A stretch of DNA of 64,000 nucleotides, taken from assembly GCA_963772835.1 (NCBI GenBank), contig CAVYYZ010000003.1:192001-256000 (forward strand), written 5' to 3'. How positions within the stretch are numbered: position 1 is the stretch's first letter; each line of letters opens with the position of its first letter. A model generated the notes under the pieces. The model was not told the DNA's origin and did no database searches. It saw nothing but the letters and a program-made list of their open reading frames with translations. The position numbers and the translations under genes are program-made. This DNA is from an uncultured delta proteobacterium. Lineage in GTDB: Bacteria > Desulfobacterota > Desulfuromonadia > Geobacterales > Pseudopelobacteraceae. Below are positions 59,999-64,000 of this stretch, in pieces.

Positions 59999-60637
59999 AT
60001 GAACAGACAAAGTAAAAAGATTCGTACAGGCAGATATTATCTACCGCTTACCGCCGTTCTGTTCGGGATGCATTTTACGTCCGCAGTCGCCACGACACGA
60101 GGGTCTGCCGGAATGACTCCGGGAGAACAGGCTGCGGTAAAACTTCGTGCGTTACAACGTCCAGACGGCTTTGATGTCATACACGAACAACGGGTACGAT
60201 TTGCTGCGGACCATGGAGTGGCTGATCCGGCAGCGCTTGTCGCAGCGGTCATGCATAGTCCAATGGCTCACCTGCTGATAAGCGTTGCCATTGAAGAAAG
60301 CCGGGGTGATCCTGTTGCTGTTGGTTCGTCAGGAGAGCAGGGGGCCTGGCAGGTGAAATCATCCAGTTGGGGTTCAGTGCCGCTGGACATACATGGTCAG
60401 GCAGGGCAGGCCGAAAGGATCCTTACTGCACTTTTAAGCCGCACCAACGGGAACAAGATTCAGGCTCTGGCGCGATATAACGGCGGGTCAACACCACCGG
60501 GCAGGAGTTACCGCTATGCGGAACGAATACTGAAACGGGCCGGTCATCTGCAGGTTGTCGTCAGTTATCTCCCACCGAAATCGACTCCATTACGGCAGAC
60601 TCTGCTGGATGATCCGGTGAATAGATGGATTTTATGA
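59999..60637 (+). CDS. Lytic transglycosylase (SLT-like) secreted protein
   Basis: VAIEES, AVGSSGEQGAWQV, ALARYNGG, YAERIL; N-terminal hydrophobic leader. Confidence 0.72.
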   Translation: MNRQSKKIRTGRYYLPLTAVLFGMHFTSAVATTRGSAGMTPGEQAAVKLRALQRPDGFDVIHEQRVRFAADHGVADPAALVAAVMHSPMAHLLISVAIEESRGDPVAVGSSGEQGAWQVKSSSWGSVPLDIHGQAGQAERILTALLSRTNGNKIQALARYNGGSTPPGRSYRYAERILKRAGHLQVVVSYLPPKSTPLRQTLLDDPVNRWIL

Positions 60638-60927
60638 TTTTTATGTACACACAGAGGACGTTTGTATGGATTCTCCTGGATCTCAAAAATGTAACAAACA
60701 GTACAGTCGACAAATAAATTAACACGCTTGAAAAGTGAAGGTTTTAAACCAGTTATCCGCATATTTCTCCAGTGGTTCCTCCATTCAGACGATATCCTGT
60801 ACCGCCATCACATGCTGACATATTTATAACTATCAGATATTAAACGTAAATTATTGCTATTTTTTTGGCACAAGACGTGAATTTGTATTGATATGGCTGA
60901 GCATTCATGATCGAAACGGAGGCATAT

Positions 60928-61248
60928 ATGAGTGTTCGTATGGCAGGCACAGTGGCTCATCTGGAGGGTGACTGGACGATGAACGGAGTGGCAGACAACA
61001 TTGAATCCATGGTTCACTCCCTTAACCAGATTGAATCAGAGGGGAAAAGATGTTTCTGGATTAACTGCGGTCAGATTGAAGAAACTGATACAAGCGGCTT
61101 GCAGTTACTGAACGTCTGGGTGGAGTGTGCCAGACTCCGTGGCATTGAACCGAAACTGGTGAATGTGACTGACGGCATGCTGCGATCGATAAATGAGTTT
61201 GGCTTCAGCCATCTTTTTTTCGATATTTATCCAGATGTTCCATGCTAA
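60928..61248 (+). CDS. STAS domain protein (paralogue of 59629-59955)
   Basis: LEGDWT, INCGQIEETDTSGLQLL, LVNV; RBS GGAGG. Confidence 0.8.
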   Translation: MSVRMAGTVAHLEGDWTMNGVADNIESMVHSLNQIESEGKRCFWINCGQIEETDTSGLQLLNVWVECARLRGIEPKLVNVTDGMLRSINEFGFSHLFFDIYPDVPC

Positions 61249-61438
61249 TACCTAAACCTTTGGATCAATCTTTATAGAGGAGATTACCACATGAAACTTC
61301 CCGAGATTCTGGAATGTACGAAACAGAGGAAAAAAGAGACCCGCATGAAAATCGATAAAATGAAAGAAATAGCCAGACAACGAAACCATGACAGACAGGG
61401 AAATGAAATGCATAAATCCCTGACGGAGAAATTCTATT

Positions 61439-62446
61439 ATGATGCATATACCTGCGGGAAATAAAGATCACTACCAAACACGCTTCAAACTGCAGTCAGA
61501 AAAATATTTTGCCCTTTCCGGTGATGGAGGTGGCTCTGCAGATCATGATGACATGCAGGCTGTCGGTACCGCCGTAGAAAGTCTGCTTACATATTCCGGA
61601 TTCAAGACGCGCGCCCGTCGAAACTGCGTCGACTACCGGTTGGAGAAAAACGAAGTCTATCTGCCGGATTTGCCCGCCGCCTTCGACGGATATACGATTC
61701 TGCATCTTTCCGACCTGCATGCTGACGGACTCGTGGATGAAGGGGAGGGTATTGTACGCATTGTAGAAAACGTGCCGTGCGATCTCGCTGTTCTGACCGG
61801 TGATTTCAGTTTAGATAACAGTATGTATTATGAACCCTGTCTTGATTCCCTCACGCCGATTATCAGTTCCATTTCGGCTCTGAATGGCACCTTCGGCATT
61901 CTGGGTAATCACGATATTCTGGAAATGGTACCTTTACTGGAAGAGATGGGCGTACGGATGCTTCTGAATGATGCAGTCCAGTTGCAGCGTGGCTCCTCAA
62001 AAATTGTACTGGCCGGAGTTGATGATCCGCATTTTTATAAATGTCATGATCTGAAAAAAGCTCTTTCAGCGGTGACTCCTGAACAGGTTGTAATTCTGCT
62101 GTCACATTCACCGGAAATTGCTCCGGAAGCGTCCCGGAACGGAGTTGATTTATACCTGTGTGGACACACGCATGGTGGACAAATCTGTCTGCCGGGCAGA
62201 ATCCCGCTGTTTGCCAATACGTCATGCAGTCGGAGCTATCTGTCGGGACGCTGGAATTGTGGTGCCATGCAGGGATACACCAGCAGAGGAAGCGGATTTT
62301 CTCTTGCTGCGGCACGTATATTCTGCCCTCCGGAGATCACTCTGCATACCCTTCACTGCGGAAGTGCTCCATGTGAATTTTACGACGCTATAGAAGAAAA
62401 TGTCGGACGATGGTTCAAAGCTACGGGGCATGCTGTTTTTGCATAA
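61439..62446 (+). CDS. Calcineurin-like metallophosphoesterase (YkuE-like)
   Basis: SDLH, LTGD, GNHD, SHSP, GHTHGGQ. Confidence 0.9.
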   Translation: MMHIPAGNKDHYQTRFKLQSEKYFALSGDGGGSADHDDMQAVGTAVESLLTYSGFKTRARRNCVDYRLEKNEVYLPDLPAAFDGYTILHLSDLHADGLVDEGEGIVRIVENVPCDLAVLTGDFSLDNSMYYEPCLDSLTPIISSISALNGTFGILGNHDILEMVPLLEEMGVRMLLNDAVQLQRGSSKIVLAGVDDPHFYKCHDLKKALSAVTPEQVVILLSHSPEIAPEASRNGVDLYLCGHTHGGQICLPGRIPLFANTSCSRSYLSGRWNCGAMQGYTSRGSGFSLAAARIFCPPEITLHTLHCGSAPCEFYDAIEENVGRWFKATGHAVFA

Positions 62447-62527
62447 TTTCATCAACATAAACGTACGGGTGATGACCGGATATACGTTTGTCTTCACTCA
62501 CAATGCTGCATAAAAAGGAGAAGTAAC

Positions 62528-62731
62528 ATGGCAACAGGAACGGTAAAATGGTTTAACGACAGCAAGGGGTTCGGATTTATTGAACAGGAAGATGGCGGAC
62601 TTGACGTGTTTGTACACTTTTCAGCGATTTCCGGTGACGGTTTCAAGTCACTTGTCGAGGGTGACAGGGTGTCGTTCAATATAGTGAAAGGTCCAAAAGG
62701 GCTTCAGGCGGAAGACGTACAGAAGGCTTAG
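62528..62731 (+). CDS. Cold-shock protein (CspA family)
   Basis: [30 protein letters not shown]. Confidence 0.96.
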   Translation: MATGTVKWFNDSKGFGFIEQEDGGLDVFVHFSAISGDGFKSLVEGDRVSFNIVKGPKGLQAEDVQKA

Positions 62732-62853
62732 TTATTGTTAACCTACTTATTTTATTGCCTTATCAGATCTCGACTAAGCATCAAGCTGAATGGGAAAAAC
62801 CATTTTTTGCACTCACAACCGGCAGAGAAAATACCGGGCGGCACTTTGAAGAG

Positions 62854-63675
62854 TTAGCTGGTAATTACTCCTGTATCTCTCAGAAATCCGGCGATAACCC
62901 GGTAGAACTGCCGCCAGTCAGGCGGAAAATCATTATGCCCGCAGGGGAATTCAACCAACCGGGCGTTGGGCGCTGTTCGCTGCAGCAGACGGCTGTGGCC
63001 AGGCGGAATAATGGTGTCATCGCTGCCGTGAAAGAGTAGAATCGGCTGCCGGTATGCGGCAACTACAGCGCTGTTGTCAAACACATCTCTGATGAGAAAA
63101 CCGGGAGCAAAGAAGCCGCGGGCAAACGGACGTGTCGAAGTGAAAGTTGATTGCAGGATCAGGGCCGCGCTTGGTCTGCGAGCTGCAAGTGCACAGGCCG
63201 CACCTCCTCCCAGCGAACGTCCGAAGATTACGATCTTTCCCGGATCAACCTCATCGCGCTGTAACACTGCATCGTATGCGGCAACTGCGGCCTCCGTAAT
63301 ACTGCTCTCGGTAGGTTTACCCGACGAGCGTCCAAAACCGGGATATTCTACCAGCAACACCCCCATTCCCAGCTGACGGAATCCCTCCGCCTGTTCCGGT
63401 AGAAAATCGATAACCTCGCCGTTTCCATGGAAGAAGACCACCAGAGGGCGCCGCTCTCCCGGTTCCAGCTTGAGGGGTGGCATCAGCCACGCCTCGCCAC
63501 GGCTTGAAGCGCTATCTACCGTGATTGGAGTTATACCTGCCGGTCGCTGGCTGCTCACCTGAATAGTACGCCCCGGATAGATAATGCTGCGCTGCACCAG
63601 AAAAACCAGCAGCGCGTAGCCCGAATATGCAATACCGGCGAGAGTTAAAAATCGGATCACGAAGTATAATGACAT
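62854..63675 (-). CDS. Membrane-anchored alpha/beta hydrolase
   Basis: N-terminal TM, FHGNGE, GRSLG nucleophile elbow, HGSDD, GHND; start placed at MSLYF. Confidence 0.88.
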   Translation of the reverse strand: MSLYFVIRFLTLAGIAYSGYALLVFLVQRSIIYPGRTIQVSSQRPAGITPITVDSASSRGEAWLMPPLKLEPGERRPLVVFFHGNGEVIDFLPEQAEGFRQLGMGVLLVEYPGFGRSSGKPTESSITEAAVAAYDAVLQRDEVDPGKIVIFGRSLGGGAACALAARRPSAALILQSTFTSTRPFARGFFAPGFLIRDVFDNSAVVAAYRQPILLFHGSDDTIIPPGHSRLLQRTAPNARLVEFPCGHNDFPPDWRQFYRVIAGFLRDTGVITS

Positions 63676-63719
63676 GGCCTGTCTCCAACGGGCGGTGTAC
63701 GGATGTAGGAAAGCAAGAG

Positions 63720-64000
63720 TCAGTGGACAGCGCATGAGATACACGGGTCGTAGCAGCGGATCAGAATTTCGGATGCTTTTCTGACCTGGTCGTACTCTGC
63801 TCCATCCATCACTAAAACAAGTTCTTTCAGCGACTCCGCCATTGCACCCTGATTAATGGCGGTCGGGGTAATAATATCTGCAGCGCGGCAGATACCATCT
63901 TTATCAAGACGATAACTATGCAGGAGAACGCCTCTCGGTGCTTCTATCAGAGATGTTCCCACACCTTCTGCTGCAGCTACCGTGACTGGGGGCTCATTTT
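63720..64000 (-). CDS. NiFe hydrogenase large subunit, 3' end (partial, group 3-like)
   Basis: EAPRGVLLH, IITPTAIN, RCYDPCISCAVH-stop. Confidence 0.9.
   Translation of the reverse strand, partial: NEPPVTVAAAEGVGTSLIEAPRGVLLHSYRLDKDGICRAADIITPTAINQGAMAESLKELVLVMDGAEYDQVRKASEILIRCYDPCISCAVH

Overview
Bacterial chromosomal region, most likely Geobacteraceae/Desulfuromonadia (inferred from a Geobacter-type GEMM-I riboswitch and a GSU3473-like gene), devoted to surface attachment and matrix production. In order: the 3' part of a Tad/Flp pilus operon with DUF192 and a TolA/TonB-like gene (1-10.3 kb); three large secreted modular DUF4082/Ig proteins carrying different hydrolase-like domains, plus a collapsed fourth gene (10.5-24 kb); a partly AT-rich polysaccharide synthesis/decoration cluster with an IS3 element and several frameshifted genes (24.3-49.6 kb); a cyclic-dinucleotide riboswitch with terminator controlling a secreted glycan-lyase-like protein (42.3-43.4 kb); a sigma54-type unit encoding a GSU3473-like small protein and a 1671-aa protein in which three MshEN-type c-di-GMP-binding domains precede an internal signal-peptide-like segment and an FN3/Ig/DUF4082 adhesin-like body (49.8-55.2 kb); two histidine kinases, STAS-lytic transglycosylase-STAS, a metallophosphoesterase, a cold-shock protein, an alpha/beta hydrolase and the 3' end of a NiFe hydrogenase large subunit. 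The best candidate for an undescribed system is the MshEN-leader secreted adhesin, i.e. possible c-di-GMP control of export or processing of a matrix protein. All family assignments come from motif reading, not database searches.
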